Part shown: in pieces, positions 10,201-19,892 of the stretch
Layout of the letters: every line of letters begins with the position of its first letter
Numbering within the stretch: the stretch's first letter is position 1
Assembly: GCA_020725805.1 (NCBI GenBank)
Contig: DYEF01000023.1
Location: forward strand, 20,783-84,782
Source of the DNA: Bdellovibrio sp.
Lineage (GTDB): Bacteria; Myxococcota; SpSt-1050
DNA length: 64,000 nucleotides
Reading direction: 5' to 3'
Notes under the pieces: generated by a model
What the model was told of the DNA's origin: nothing
The model's database searches: none
Seen by the model: the letters and a program-made list of their open reading frames with translations, nothing else
Made by a program: the position numbers and the translations under genes

Positions 10201-10745
10201 CCCTGTCTGCGTACTTCTTACGTGCCGAGTTCAATGCAGCAGGTGAAAGGTTATATATTCTTGCCCAGAAAGAACTGATGACAGAGAATCCCGAAAAGAT
10301 ACTGATAAAGACGAAGAATCAGATGAGAGAGCTGATAACATCCGAGAACCCCCTTGTCCTTGATGCACAAAACACGATATATACAATAAGCAGAAACGGA
10401 CTGGTTTCGAATTACAGAATACAGGTTCCCTACAAGATTGAGAGGGTCATCCATTTACCCAAAAGCGTCTATGCCGTCCTTCAGTTCGAAGAGAAGAATT
10501 TCTTTGCTGTCTATAATATCCTGACGAAAAAAATAGTCTCCTATCTGGCCGGACATACTGAACCGATAGTCAATATTGATGTGCTTGAAAACAGGATTTT
10601 TACAATTGGTCTCGACGGAACAGTAATAGTATACAATACGGATTTCGAAACATCTTCACAGCGCTTTTCAGGACCCGAAATCAAATCAGAGATTCAGAGG
10701 CTGAAAGAGATTCTGAAGGGGCTCAACAGATTCTTCGAAGACTGA
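7275..10745 (+). CDS. Ser/Thr protein kinase with TM segment and C-terminal WD40/beta-propeller repeats (1156 aa)
   Basis: Gly loop GAGGIGKV, IAVKEL lysine, HRDIKPHN catalytic loop, DWG, GTPQYMPPE. A TM helix near residue 440 (LLFVLTVLTILALATFLLY) is followed by repeated propeller-like blocks (GTDDGTVFLYEL, SYDGNIIVWDI, GLDGTVIVYNT). Confidence 0.85.
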   Translation: MEREILFCITALQMGLATPELLKNIGKELSEKKIGSIRAELIRRASIPPEKIKTIEQAVDLSASVHNGNYKKILSQKIYRKLVREAFGDSISISHTGELRPSYPRIVDDETMTDIHTVTEESPERYSQIKEIGAGGIGKVLLVYDRHTGRNIAVKELLPDINHQVSSDSVISPDEARFLREARLTAQLEHPSVVPVYEIGRKPDNSIYYTMKYVKGRTLSDIIRSSSSLNERLKFLSHFLNLCNAIAYAHSKGVIHRDIKPHNVMIGEFGETVVLDWGLAKIKGTTDTENEKFANQMRLLMDAAAGKTVAGEVMGTPQYMPPEQAWGDVNNIDEKSDIYSLGAVLYEILTGFPPFDGDSPLEIVKAVRAYSRGEKKLVPVKEEEPESPDELAAIAEKALSADKNRRYQSVVDLIDDVEAYIAGRKVSGHRYSVFAYLRYIFRRGKRSLLFVLTVLTILALATFLLYRTNNIRYENIFRLYTEKALNNIEKNDFLSAAYYAALASDIKMGPNPLTSIQNNQIASSLIGATTIKEKSITSISVSDDSRFLATGTDDGTVFLYELATLKTTGKASFPSAVSKIIFSSEGDKLAAGFSDGNIRIFNLHPFSLVKVIKDFSTPVKSLVFSEGGKYLFAAAGNISSEQRQVADCSIRIYSTGAYKFIDNLTGHTKSVSNLSILDSGKYLISSSYDGNIIVWDIFSKKEIKRFTLGTPVLNLSVAKDFPVFALTEEGKLFSLSISSEPAIISIKSYNHNIITAGAGSIITGGGAYDGEKCRFCDLKIYDLQKNINIVQGFRFRITDIVLTSDTKHIIVSDDRGNIFIFKPASLLSKPFKVQYKYTLADQLAGMRCLKHIQSCFATDRSMNFYTLLPDRVESETAYKLPKAIEHGNFYIVDRDTIIINTPDREVYYANPAKTVYKKIFAEALKIQSLRISNNNEYIGITDTEDTFYLLKKSGGEISDTLIRERNVLGFNFLPDSLSAYFLRAEFNAAGERLYILAQKELMTENPEKILIKTKNQMRELITSENPLVLDAQNTIYTISRNGLVSNYRIQVPYKIERVIHLPKSVYAVLQFEEKNFFAVYNILTKKIVSYLAGHTEPIVNIDVLENRIFTIGLDGTVIVYNTDFETSSQRFSGPEIKSEIQRLKEILKGLNRFFED

Positions 10746-13700
10746 TCAGTGAACCGAAATCTCCTCATTCGGAATCTCTCCGTAGATATCAGGCATATAC
10801 ATCAGTTCTACCCGCGTGGGAGGGAGTCTGAATTTACCCTTTGTATTCAGCCTTACTGAATATTCAAATACAATCTTATCCGAATAGACATACTCATAAT
10901 AGGTTCTAATATAGCCGTCTCTCACATCCGAGTAGGTATATTCCCAGAAATAATCCGCTGAATCAGCGGCATCCTTCTTTATCCTTCCCATAACCTGAGA
11001 GCCTGTAATAAGCGGGTCAATGAGCACTATATTACTATAATGTGAATCCGGTTCATAAGTAATTCTTACTTTTACAAGGTCTGATTGCCTGAACTCCTTT
11101 TTTATAAGGCCCTTTTCATCCAGATACTCCTTTTTTATCTTAAATCCCTTGAAGACAGGCTGAGTCAGTGGTGATTTCTCAATAAACAGAGTCTTTACCC
11201 AGTAACTATTCTTATTATCCTCACAGACAAGTTTTTCCGGTTTCCCCTCTTTGCAGCCTGCAGCCGTCTCTCCACCTATGATTTTCCCGTCTTTCGTTAT
11301 ATCAAAGAGAAATGACTTTGTCTTAAAAGTATCGTCAACGTTCTCCGTAAAGTAATTACATCCCAAACTTACCATAAGGGAGCTTTTCTCAAAATTCGTT
11401 TTGAATCTCTTTGCAAAGAGCCTTAATGCCACAGCGGCATATGCATTCGCCGTCGTATTGTAGAGATAACCGCCCTTCTCGAACCGGTTTATGAGTCCGT
11501 TTGCCATCTTGCCGAGCTTAGTCTCATCTGCATCTGTTCTCAGCAGATAAATCAGGGTTCTGGCAAATGCCTCGTCCTCGGAGCGCATAAGCCACCAGTA
11601 TCTGTTTCTATCGTCTGATTTCAAAAAGTATGCCCCGCTCTTCTCCGTAAAGAACGAAAATATTGCATTCTCCAGTTCCTTGTTTTTTCCGGCAACACCG
11701 GCAACATCGATAATCGAAGAAAGTGAGAGCAGAGATACCTCCGGTTTAATAGCATTTAATAATTCTGATGACCTTGTCTTATCATATTTACTCAACACAA
11801 AGAGCGCATAGAGTCTTTCGAGATTCTGGGTAGTCTGAATATATACATTTTTCCTGTAGATCTTACCAATCACAAAATTCATCAGGGCATCTGTCGTCCT
11901 CTGAATTATATGATATGGGAGTTCGAATCCGTTCAGATTCGTTATATCCAGCACGTAGGCTGTAAGCATAGGTGAACCTTCCTGTGATGACGGAAAATAT
12001 TTGAGAAATCCGTTATCATCCAGATAGAGGTTTATCTCATTTAAGAGCTTGCCGAAAAACTCCTTGTCGTCTGCGACCACGGCATAAGATATCTTCTGCT
12101 CCAGACATGCGAGGGCAAAACCACTGTAGTTCACAAGTTGTCTCCCCGTCTCACTCAGGTCCCTGAGAAAAGAAATATTTATCCTCTTCTGAATATCCTT
12201 TTCAACAAATCCCCTGTAACTCTCGGATGAACTCCCGGATAATCTTTTGAATATGGACTGTACAACCCTCGACAAGTCAGCCTCCACTATCTTCTGACCG
12301 ACACTGATACTGTCAATTATTTTACCGTCCGAGAGTATATCTATTCTGTATTTACCTTCATCTGCAATATCCGGAATCTTGACGGGGAACGATACCCTGC
12401 GGTTGTCGCCGGCCTTAATCATTACATTCTCTGGTCCAAGCAGATCCTTTCTGACCAGTCTGTTCCCGCTGAAGAAGCTGACCTCTCCCGTAACCTGCAG
12501 GCCAAAACTCTTCTGGGAGACGTTCTTGATTACAAATTCCGCATCATAGCTGTCACCCTCTCTTGCAAAATACGGTAAAGATGAATTTATAAAGAGCTCC
12601 TTCGTGCTCTCTATGCCGGCATATCCGGTACCGAATCTCTTCTGAGTCGAGGCAACGGCGATGATTCTGAACGAAGTAATCGAATCATTTAAAAAAAACT
12701 CAAAATCCGCCCTGTTGTTCTTTACCTTAAGGGATTCATCAAAGTAAATCAACGTATCAAACAACTCCCTTGTAACAATCCTGCCTCCGCCTCCCCCTGA
12801 CGGAAGTGCCTTTCTGCCGAAATGCCTCTTACCGATTACCTGAATCAGCCCCGTGGAAGTATTGACCCCGAGCCCGCCCTTCTTTATCATATTATCCAGC
12901 AGGTTGTATGTCGGATTTTCAAGAAGTGTCAGCAACCCCTCATCAATCACTACAAGAGTTACATCTGCATCATCACCATCAGCACCTTTTATCTCGACGC
13001 TCCCCTTTACCTTCTCCCTGATCTTATACCTCTTCTTCTCTGTCTTTATATCCACACCAAGCCTGTATTTATCCTTATCAACACTTATTTCCGTCATTCC
13101 CATCTTCAGAGAAGGCTTCGCAAGGTCAACAAGGAAAGTGGGAGGAGGAGAGGCGACTCTGCCTCTTATCAGGACAACAGATATATAGGCATTCGGAGAG
13201 TATTCGGGCTTTACCCTCAGTTCTATAACCGGCTTTTTGCCTGAAAGTTCTGTTACAAAGTAATCCAGTACTGATTCCCGCTCGACCGTTACAAGTGCGG
13301 TTGCATTTTCAAACGGCGTTACAACCCTGAGTTTAAGTGTCTCGCCTGTTTTATACTCAGTCTTATCGGGGAAGACGTCAATCCTGTCCGAATCCGAGGC
13401 ATAATCAAACCAGTAATCGCTCTCATAGTCATACGAATAGACCGAGGAATAAGAGACCGCCAGATTCCTCCTGCTGTCACCCGCAATCACCTCGGCTGAA
13501 TACTGACCGCCTTTTTCAATCTTTTTGCTGCATATCACTCTGCCCTCCTCGTCCGTCGTGGCAGTGCAGAGTTCACCGAGCGGTTTTACCTCGTTTATAT
13601 GTTCATACGAGTAATACCCTCCTAAAATCTTCTTTCTGTGGACATAACTGATGGTCTGATACAGATTTATTGTAACCTTCTCTCCCTTAACCGGTCTCTT

Positions 13701-16544
13701 TTCGGTATCCAGGACTACAGCATTCGCAATGAATAATCTGTTTTTGCTGTCAACTGATGCCTTTATACCGGCAAGTAAGGAAGAGGTATAGATGGTGCTG
13801 CGTTTCTCTATTGTATTGAAATAACCGTTTGGGTCAGTATATCCCGCCTCTAACTGAAGGATTACTGGCCTTCCGTCCTTTGATTTCTTTACTTTGAGTT
13901 CGGTTTTGAATCTTCCGTATTCATCTGTTTTGAGACAGACCTGCTCCGAGAGTCCGGCCGTCTTTTCCTTATACTCCTCGCCCTCAATCATCTCGCCGTC
14001 ACCCTCACTGCCCTCCTCGTCATAATCCCTTCCGTATTTACTGATTCCCGCTCTCACCCTTCCTCCCAGAAAATGATAACCGCTGTACTTCGAATCAGAG
14101 AAGAAGAAGTCGTCCGAGAATCTGTATCGCAGAGTTACCGCAAGGTCGTTTGCCGGTGCACCCATAAGGTAGCTGAATATCCCTTCAACGATTATTTTCT
14201 CCGGATTCCTGCTATCGACCAGCAAATCCCCTTTGATAAGCGGAACCTTGAACTCTTCGACCAGAAAGCTCCCTGTCTGATAATTGCATTTGGAAGATGT
14301 ATTATCCAGCGGACAGTCGAAGTATGAAACCCTGTAATGCCCCGTATGTGCATCTTTCGGGATTTCCCACTTAAAGAGTGAATTTCCGTTTTCACCCCAT
14401 GTGATATCATACTCCCAGACCTTATCGGTACCTGTATGTTCAATGCGGATCTTTCGTGGCATTTCCTCCTTATGGGCAAAACGGATATCCTTTAATGCCT
14501 TCTTTCTGAAATACCCCTTTATATGAACCGTCTCACCTGACCTCAGAAGATTACGGCTAAAGACAGAATGGACAAGAGTATCTGACTGATAAAATTCCGA
14601 ATAGATATTGTATCTGTATGGCTCAATTCCTTTGTCCCATTTCGAATTCACGAGTGAAAAGTCATTCTTGTATCTGGCTATTACTGTCAGACCTTCTCCC
14701 AAGAACCTGTAATACGACTCATAAAAACCGTCAGACCCGTAGTCAGAAGCACAGCGGGGTAGAATATAATCATCCGGAAGGTATTTTTCCACATACAGAA
14801 TCCCGTTTGTATCGGTCGTTCCCGAGAAGTATTCGTTCCCCTTGCAGTCATAGGCATTTATGTAGGCACCTCCTACGGGAGAGGCATCAGACAGTCTCGT
14901 CACAAAGACAAGCGAACTGACAGGTCCTTTCTTAAATGTTACTGCCATATCCGTAACGAGCGCAACCGAACGGATATATGCCTTTCTCTGACCTTTCTTC
15001 TTCTCCTCGTCTGAGACGATATAATCACCCAGAACACTGCTCTCGAGTTCAAAGAAATACAATCCGTAATTCTTCATTGGGATACCAACGACTGTTGCCT
15101 CCCCGGAATCCGCCATATCCGGCAGTCTGCTCACCTCGTAAGGATACTTCTCATCATCGAATACGCCTTTCGAAAGATTCTGATACCTTATGCTGTTTAT
15201 AAACCCGAATATCTTATCGGCCGAAAAATCGGAGAGCCTGAGATTCCTGATCTTTATATCCGTTGCAAGATATTTTTTATCCCCGCCGACTGTCCCGTCC
15301 GGCTTCTTTGTTCTTGTAAAAAGGGATCTGATAAACTCCCATATTCTTGCAAAAAATCCTTTCTTCTGCACTTGCCGTCTTTCGGGCATTCCGCCTTCGA
15401 GTGCAAAACTCCTTATTCTGTGCTCTTTCCCGAGCCCCCTGACAGTAACCGGAAGTACGCCTTCGCCGTCTATCATCTCCACAATGCCGAAATCGGCTGC
15501 AAACTTTGCAAGCGGAGGCATCCTGTCGGTCCTGAAAACCAGAGGGAATTTGCCGCTGTTTACCGGCGTCCTGTCATAGATATCCTTTATGTCCTGAGGA
15601 ATATGCAGGGTATACGAATGCTCCGGCCTGAACGGGCCCAGAAATCTCACGGAGTTTACGATCTCCTGATGCTCATCTGTCTTTTCAGGCAATATCCTGT
15701 TGCCACTCTCGTCCGACAAATATATCCGTGTTGCATATTCCCTGTTTACAGGTTCGGAGAAGTTTACCTCGATATTCGAAAGAGGGATACACCCCCGCTC
15801 GGCCTTCTCCCTTTCGCAACCGAGTTCTATCCTGAATCCGTCCATTACAGTATAGGCGTATTTCTCCTCAAAACCCGATACGACCTTCCCCTCCGATTCG
15901 ATATTCTTGAAGACGAGTATTATCCGCTCCTTATCGGCAAACCTCACTTTCGGCTTAATCCCGAATATTTTCTCCTTCTTCAGGTAAGGATAGAGATTAC
16001 TGACTACACGCTCCGTATCTGCCTGATCTATCAGAACTGCTTCCGTGATCTCCGATGTATGGCTTCTTTTGAAAAATATCTTATTAATGTTCTTTCTGAT
16101 ATCCACATCGCCGTTGAATGAGAAGAGGAATATCTGTTCATTGCTGATCTGCTGATATGTACCGGGAATTATCCTGTTTACCGTTACTGCGTCCGAATCG
16201 AATTCGAACTCTCTCTCCCCGCTATATATTCCGCCGTCTATGGATTTGATATCATCTCTTAACTTTACCTTACACATAATTCCCGCCTTAAGCGGTTTTT
16301 CGAACTTTATCACATAAAGATACGGGTCCTCCCAGACTCCCTTCGGTTCTTCCTTTATACAACTTACCGACAGGACTGGATTGTATCTGAATGAAGGGTC
16401 TCCGACCGGGGCAACCTGTTTTGAAAACTTTATTCTTATCTCGGAGGCACTTCTCGCCCTCTTCTTCGGGAAGAAATCCGCATTGAAGGCAAAGAGTCCT
16501 GATGAAAACGAAAAGAAGACCAGAAGGAAAAAAAACCTCTTCAT
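10746..16544 (-). CDS. bacterial alpha-2-macroglobulin family protein with thioester motif (1932 aa)
   Basis: Signal peptide MKRFFFLLVFFSFSSGLFA, a very large multi-domain protein, and the thioester CLEQ motif in GFALACLEQK. It sits immediately downstream of pbpC as in the known yfhM-pbpC pairing. RBS TAGGAG. Confidence 0.8.
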   Translation of the reverse strand: MKRFFFLLVFFSFSSGLFAFNADFFPKKRARSASEIRIKFSKQVAPVGDPSFRYNPVLSVSCIKEEPKGVWEDPYLYVIKFEKPLKAGIMCKVKLRDDIKSIDGGIYSGEREFEFDSDAVTVNRIIPGTYQQISNEQIFLFSFNGDVDIRKNINKIFFKRSHTSEITEAVLIDQADTERVVSNLYPYLKKEKIFGIKPKVRFADKERIILVFKNIESEGKVVSGFEEKYAYTVMDGFRIELGCEREKAERGCIPLSNIEVNFSEPVNREYATRIYLSDESGNRILPEKTDEHQEIVNSVRFLGPFRPEHSYTLHIPQDIKDIYDRTPVNSGKFPLVFRTDRMPPLAKFAADFGIVEMIDGEGVLPVTVRGLGKEHRIRSFALEGGMPERRQVQKKGFFARIWEFIRSLFTRTKKPDGTVGGDKKYLATDIKIRNLRLSDFSADKIFGFINSIRYQNLSKGVFDDEKYPYEVSRLPDMADSGEATVVGIPMKNYGLYFFELESSVLGDYIVSDEEKKKGQRKAYIRSVALVTDMAVTFKKGPVSSLVFVTRLSDASPVGGAYINAYDCKGNEYFSGTTDTNGILYVEKYLPDDYILPRCASDYGSDGFYESYYRFLGEGLTVIARYKNDFSLVNSKWDKGIEPYRYNIYSEFYQSDTLVHSVFSRNLLRSGETVHIKGYFRKKALKDIRFAHKEEMPRKIRIEHTGTDKVWEYDITWGENGNSLFKWEIPKDAHTGHYRVSYFDCPLDNTSSKCNYQTGSFLVEEFKVPLIKGDLLVDSRNPEKIIVEGIFSYLMGAPANDLAVTLRYRFSDDFFFSDSKYSGYHFLGGRVRAGISKYGRDYDEEGSEGDGEMIEGEEYKEKTAGLSEQVCLKTDEYGRFKTELKVKKSKDGRPVILQLEAGYTDPNGYFNTIEKRSTIYTSSLLAGIKASVDSKNRLFIANAVVLDTEKRPVKGEKVTINLYQTISYVHRKKILGGYYSYEHINEVKPLGELCTATTDEEGRVICSKKIEKGGQYSAEVIAGDSRRNLAVSYSSVYSYDYESDYWFDYASDSDRIDVFPDKTEYKTGETLKLRVVTPFENATALVTVERESVLDYFVTELSGKKPVIELRVKPEYSPNAYISVVLIRGRVASPPPTFLVDLAKPSLKMGMTEISVDKDKYRLGVDIKTEKKRYKIREKVKGSVEIKGADGDDADVTLVVIDEGLLTLLENPTYNLLDNMIKKGGLGVNTSTGLIQVIGKRHFGRKALPSGGGGGRIVTRELFDTLIYFDESLKVKNNRADFEFFLNDSITSFRIIAVASTQKRFGTGYAGIESTKELFINSSLPYFAREGDSYDAEFVIKNVSQKSFGLQVTGEVSFFSGNRLVRKDLLGPENVMIKAGDNRRVSFPVKIPDIADEGKYRIDILSDGKIIDSISVGQKIVEADLSRVVQSIFKRLSGSSSESYRGFVEKDIQKRINISFLRDLSETGRQLVNYSGFALACLEQKISYAVVADDKEFFGKLLNEINLYLDDNGFLKYFPSSQEGSPMLTAYVLDITNLNGFELPYHIIQRTTDALMNFVIGKIYRKNVYIQTTQNLERLYALFVLSKYDKTRSSELLNAIKPEVSLLSLSSIIDVAGVAGKNKELENAIFSFFTEKSGAYFLKSDDRNRYWWLMRSEDEAFARTLIYLLRTDADETKLGKMANGLINRFEKGGYLYNTTANAYAAVALRLFAKRFKTNFEKSSLMVSLGCNYFTENVDDTFKTKSFLFDITKDGKIIGGETAAGCKEGKPEKLVCEDNKNSYWVKTLFIEKSPLTQPVFKGFKIKKEYLDEKGLIKKEFRQSDLVKVRITYEPDSHYSNIVLIDPLITGSQVMGRIKKDAADSADYFWEYTYSDVRDGYIRTYYEYVYSDKIVFEYSVRLNTKGKFRLPPTRVELMYMPDIYGEIPNEEISVH

Positions 16545-16553
16545 AAAATACTC

Positions 16554-18689
16554 CTATCTTACTTCATAATTCGAACTGTCAAGTATATGCCCTGACGCAT
16601 CGATCAGTTCGAGTGTATGCCGGCCCTTCTCGATACCGAGCATATAGACGGTGTCGTGACTTTCGACCTTTCTGCTGTTACTCAGCAAAATACAGTCTCT
16701 GCAATTCGTATAGACATAAAGCAGTTGCTGTGAAACCGGTATAGCCGGATCCAGCGCAATAACTGTGCCGTCGGGAGGATAGATAATCCTCGGGATATTC
16801 CCGGTATCTACAGGTATTTCATCTCCTGACGGCTCTGTCCCTTCTATAAAATATTCATCTCTTACAGGTTCATACGCCGGTTTGAAAACTATCCGTTTTT
16901 TAATCACTCCGTAAGGAGTCAGAGGCGGCTTTGAGCCGGTCTTTTTGTGTAATTCCTTCATCAGTGCGAACCAGATCTGCGAAGCCCCGTGCGAACCCGA
17001 GACATTATGCATAGGCTCCCCCGAAAAATTTCCTGTCCAGACCCCGACGGTATATTCAGACGAGAATCCTACACACCAGTTATCCCTCATATCCTTGCTC
17101 GTCCCTGTCTTTACTGCCGAATAAAAAGGGGTAGAGAGCGTGTTCTCAAGATCGAAGGTGAGTGAACGTGCATCCCTGTCAGAGAGAATGCTCTGGATAA
17201 TATAAACGGCCTTTTCATCCAAGACCCTCTTTTCCTCCGCCATTTCCTTCTTTGAAATTCTCAGATTCTTATATAATCCTCCGTTTGCAAGAATCATATA
17301 CGCCCTCACGAGTTCGAAGAGTGAGACATCCAGACTGCCAAGGGCAAGCGATTCTCCGTAATAGTCTTCTATCTCATCGGACTTTTCAGGCTGAAAACCG
17401 AGACCCTTCAGATGTCCGGTATAATTTTCGACACCCGCAATCATAATGCTCTTTACTGCGGGGATGTTAAGTGATGAGGCAAGTGCGGTCCTGACAGATA
17501 CATATCCCTTGTACGTCCTGTCATAATTCTGAGGGGAATAGACAACCCCCTTCTTTCCGATAAAGAGCGGAAAATCCTCGATAATGCTCGCCGCAGTCAG
17601 AAGTCTCTGTTCAAGGAGATACTCATATAAAAACGGCTTTAAGGTAGAACCCGCCTGTCTTTTTGCCTTTACACCGTCTACATACTTTCCGGACGAGAGT
17701 TCGAAGGAATTCGGGATATATGCCAGTATCTCTCCAGTCCTGTTTTCGGCAACGAGCAGCGCCGCATCATTCAGATTCTTTCCCTTGAGTACAGATACGA
17801 ATGACCTCGTAATCTCAAGTGCTGTTTTCTGAATCTCTTTATCGATCGTCGTTACAACCGGAGATTTGTGGTTTCTGAGCAGCCTTTCTGAAAGGACAGG
17901 GAGATAATCTGCCGGTTTCGGGATATAATATCTTTCGGGGAGTTTCGATATTATTTTTTCAATCTCGTTTTCAGAGATGTTCAATCCTAAATTGCCGTTG
18001 TTTCTAAGGGCTGCCTTTACCAGCTCTTCCCGGCTCACCGAAGGTCTCTTAATGAGTGAGAGTAAAATCAGTGACTCGGTCTCGGTCAGATATTCAGGTG
18101 ATTTACCGAAAAGTCCCCATGCAGCTGTGTATATACCCGAAATCTCCCCTTTTACAGGAACGGTATTGATATAAGCCTCGAGGATTTCACTCTTACTCCA
18201 TCTCAAATCAATTATAACAGCGTAATAAATCTCCTTTATCTTTCTCAGTACGACATTCTCCTGACCAAGTCCGTAATAATTTCTCACAAACTGCATATTG
18301 ATAGTGCTTGCCCCGCGCATCCTTCCCCTCAGAACAAAATCCCTTAATGAGGAAATGACGGATACAACATCAATACCGCCGTGAGAATAAAATCTCTTAT
18401 CCTCGGACCTAATCAGAAGATTCAGAAAACGGCTGTTTACTTCCCGCAGTCTTACATAACCTGCTCTTCTGAGATTAAAATCTGTCCTTACAAATGAGAG
18501 GGGATAGAGATTTCTGTCCAGAACGACCCCGTCCGAAAGCCTGAAATATCCGTACCTGAATTTATTATAATCCGGGAAAGTCAGTAAAGAACGAACGAAT
18601 AAGAGCAGCAAAAATAATAAGGCAACACAGAAAACCCATATCAGTTTACCTCTTTTCAGTCTCCCTGCTCTCCTTTCCATATCAATCAA
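16554..18689 (-). CDS. pbpC: penicillin-binding protein 1C (glycosyltransferase GT51 + transpeptidase)
   Basis: N-terminal TM; GT51 motifs EDKRFYSHGGID and RKIKE; transpeptidase motifs STLKP (SxxK) and KTGTS (KTG). Confidence 0.85.
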   Translation of the reverse strand: MIDMERRAGRLKRGKLIWVFCVALLFLLLLFVRSLLTFPDYNKFRYGYFRLSDGVVLDRNLYPLSFVRTDFNLRRAGYVRLREVNSRFLNLLIRSEDKRFYSHGGIDVVSVISSLRDFVLRGRMRGASTINMQFVRNYYGLGQENVVLRKIKEIYYAVIIDLRWSKSEILEAYINTVPVKGEISGIYTAAWGLFGKSPEYLTETESLILLSLIKRPSVSREELVKAALRNNGNLGLNISENEIEKIISKLPERYYIPKPADYLPVLSERLLRNHKSPVVTTIDKEIQKTALEITRSFVSVLKGKNLNDAALLVAENRTGEILAYIPNSFELSSGKYVDGVKAKRQAGSTLKPFLYEYLLEQRLLTAASIIEDFPLFIGKKGVVYSPQNYDRTYKGYVSVRTALASSLNIPAVKSIMIAGVENYTGHLKGLGFQPEKSDEIEDYYGESLALGSLDVSLFELVRAYMILANGGLYKNLRISKKEMAEEKRVLDEKAVYIIQSILSDRDARSLTFDLENTLSTPFYSAVKTGTSKDMRDNWCVGFSSEYTVGVWTGNFSGEPMHNVSGSHGASQIWFALMKELHKKTGSKPPLTPYGVIKKRIVFKPAYEPVRDEYFIEGTEPSGDEIPVDTGNIPRIIYPPDGTVIALDPAIPVSQQLLYVYTNCRDCILLSNSRKVESHDTVYMLGIEKGRHTLELIDASGHILDSSNYEVR

Positions 18690-18884
18690 GTTATATTTTA
18701 TAGAGCAATAGTCAAGAATAAATTAGATTACGCATTTTTTCATCCGTCAAAAGACTTCCTTAAAATTTTGCAAAATTATCCTTTAGTTTATGCAACCGGC
18801 AACATATTGTATATAAACCGGCAATATTAAATTTTTGACAAAACTGATTTTTCCTGTAGAAATATTTCGCAGACGGAGAGCATT

Positions 18885-19850
18885 ATGAAGAAGGCTGTTT
18901 TTCCTTTCTGCTTTTTCTGTGTTTTTTGCATGTTTTTTTCATTCTCATTACAGGCGCAGGAAAACAAACTGAATGACGGTAAAAAGGCAGAAAATAAAAT
19001 CACAGACAAAGAAAACAAAGCGTCTGAAACAGCAGAAAAAGGTCCGGGATTAGAGTTACCCACACTCATAGTCTTCGATATAAAGGCGGAAAAGGGGGTT
19101 GAGAGCGGGAGCGCCAGTCTGCTTACAGAGATCGTTCTGGATGAGGTGGCGGGAATTTTCAAGGGAAAGTATAAAGTAATAGGCCAGAAAGATATCGACA
19201 AGATGCTCTTCTGGGAGACAAACAAGAGCCTCAAGAACTGTACAGAAAGCAGTTGTCTGATGCAGATAGCTGGGGCAATGGGGGCAGAATATTATATAGA
19301 GGGCTCTGTCGGAATAATGGGAGAGAAGTATGTCCTCGCCCTGAAATATATAGATGCAATGAAGGTCGAAATACTCTCGAGAAAGACCGTAGTCATAGAA
19401 AAAGATGAAAACAGGCTGATAGAGAACGTCAAGGCTGTAATCAATGAAATACTTTTGGGGAAGGTTACAAAGGAGGACGGGAATAAATCCGCTCCGGTTT
19501 CCAAACAGAATGAATCGCTTAAGGACGAAAGCAGGATGCTGACCAAAGAGACTGTCAGGCCCGGGGAGAAGAAGGCAGAAGAGTCAAAAACCATTAAGAA
19601 GATGATAGCGTATTCCCTCATCGGGGCCGGACTTCTGAGCGGCGGATTCGGCGTGAAGTTTCATCTGGATGCCAACGACATCAAAAATAACTACAATATG
19701 ACTCCCGAGGAGGCAGCGAGGGCGAATCAGGATTACAAGGATTTGACTACCGGTGCCGCGGTCGCCTATTCTCTGGGAGGAGCCTGTATTATCGGCGGAA
19801 TAGTCCTTTTACTCCTATCTCACGAAAAAGAGAATAAAAGCGAAAAATAG
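18885..19850 (+). CDS. hypothetical secreted/membrane protein
   Basis: Signal peptide MKKAVFPFCFFCVFCMFFSFSLQA, a charged middle region, and two C-terminal Gly-rich hydrophobic segments. GGAG RBS. Confidence 0.55.
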   Translation: MKKAVFPFCFFCVFCMFFSFSLQAQENKLNDGKKAENKITDKENKASETAEKGPGLELPTLIVFDIKAEKGVESGSASLLTEIVLDEVAGIFKGKYKVIGQKDIDKMLFWETNKSLKNCTESSCLMQIAGAMGAEYYIEGSVGIMGEKYVLALKYIDAMKVEILSRKTVVIEKDENRLIENVKAVINEILLGKVTKEDGNKSAPVSKQNESLKDESRMLTKETVRPGEKKAEESKTIKKMIAYSLIGAGLLSGGFGVKFHLDANDIKNNYNMTPEEAARANQDYKDLTTGAAVAYSLGGACIIGGIVLLLLSHEKENKSEK

Positions 19851-19892
19851 ATTCTGAAAGTTATACAACAATCACAACCGGGGATTTGGGTA

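Noticed and set aside
12822-16121. Several 100-250 aa plus-strand ORFs (12822..13244, 12853..13188, 13337..13651, 14618..14920, 15372..16121 and others) inside the A2M gene
   Set aside because: They lie entirely antisense to a 1932 aa gene with strong domain evidence. They have low-complexity, Ser/Pro/Arg-rich translations typical of antisense frames, and no RBS.
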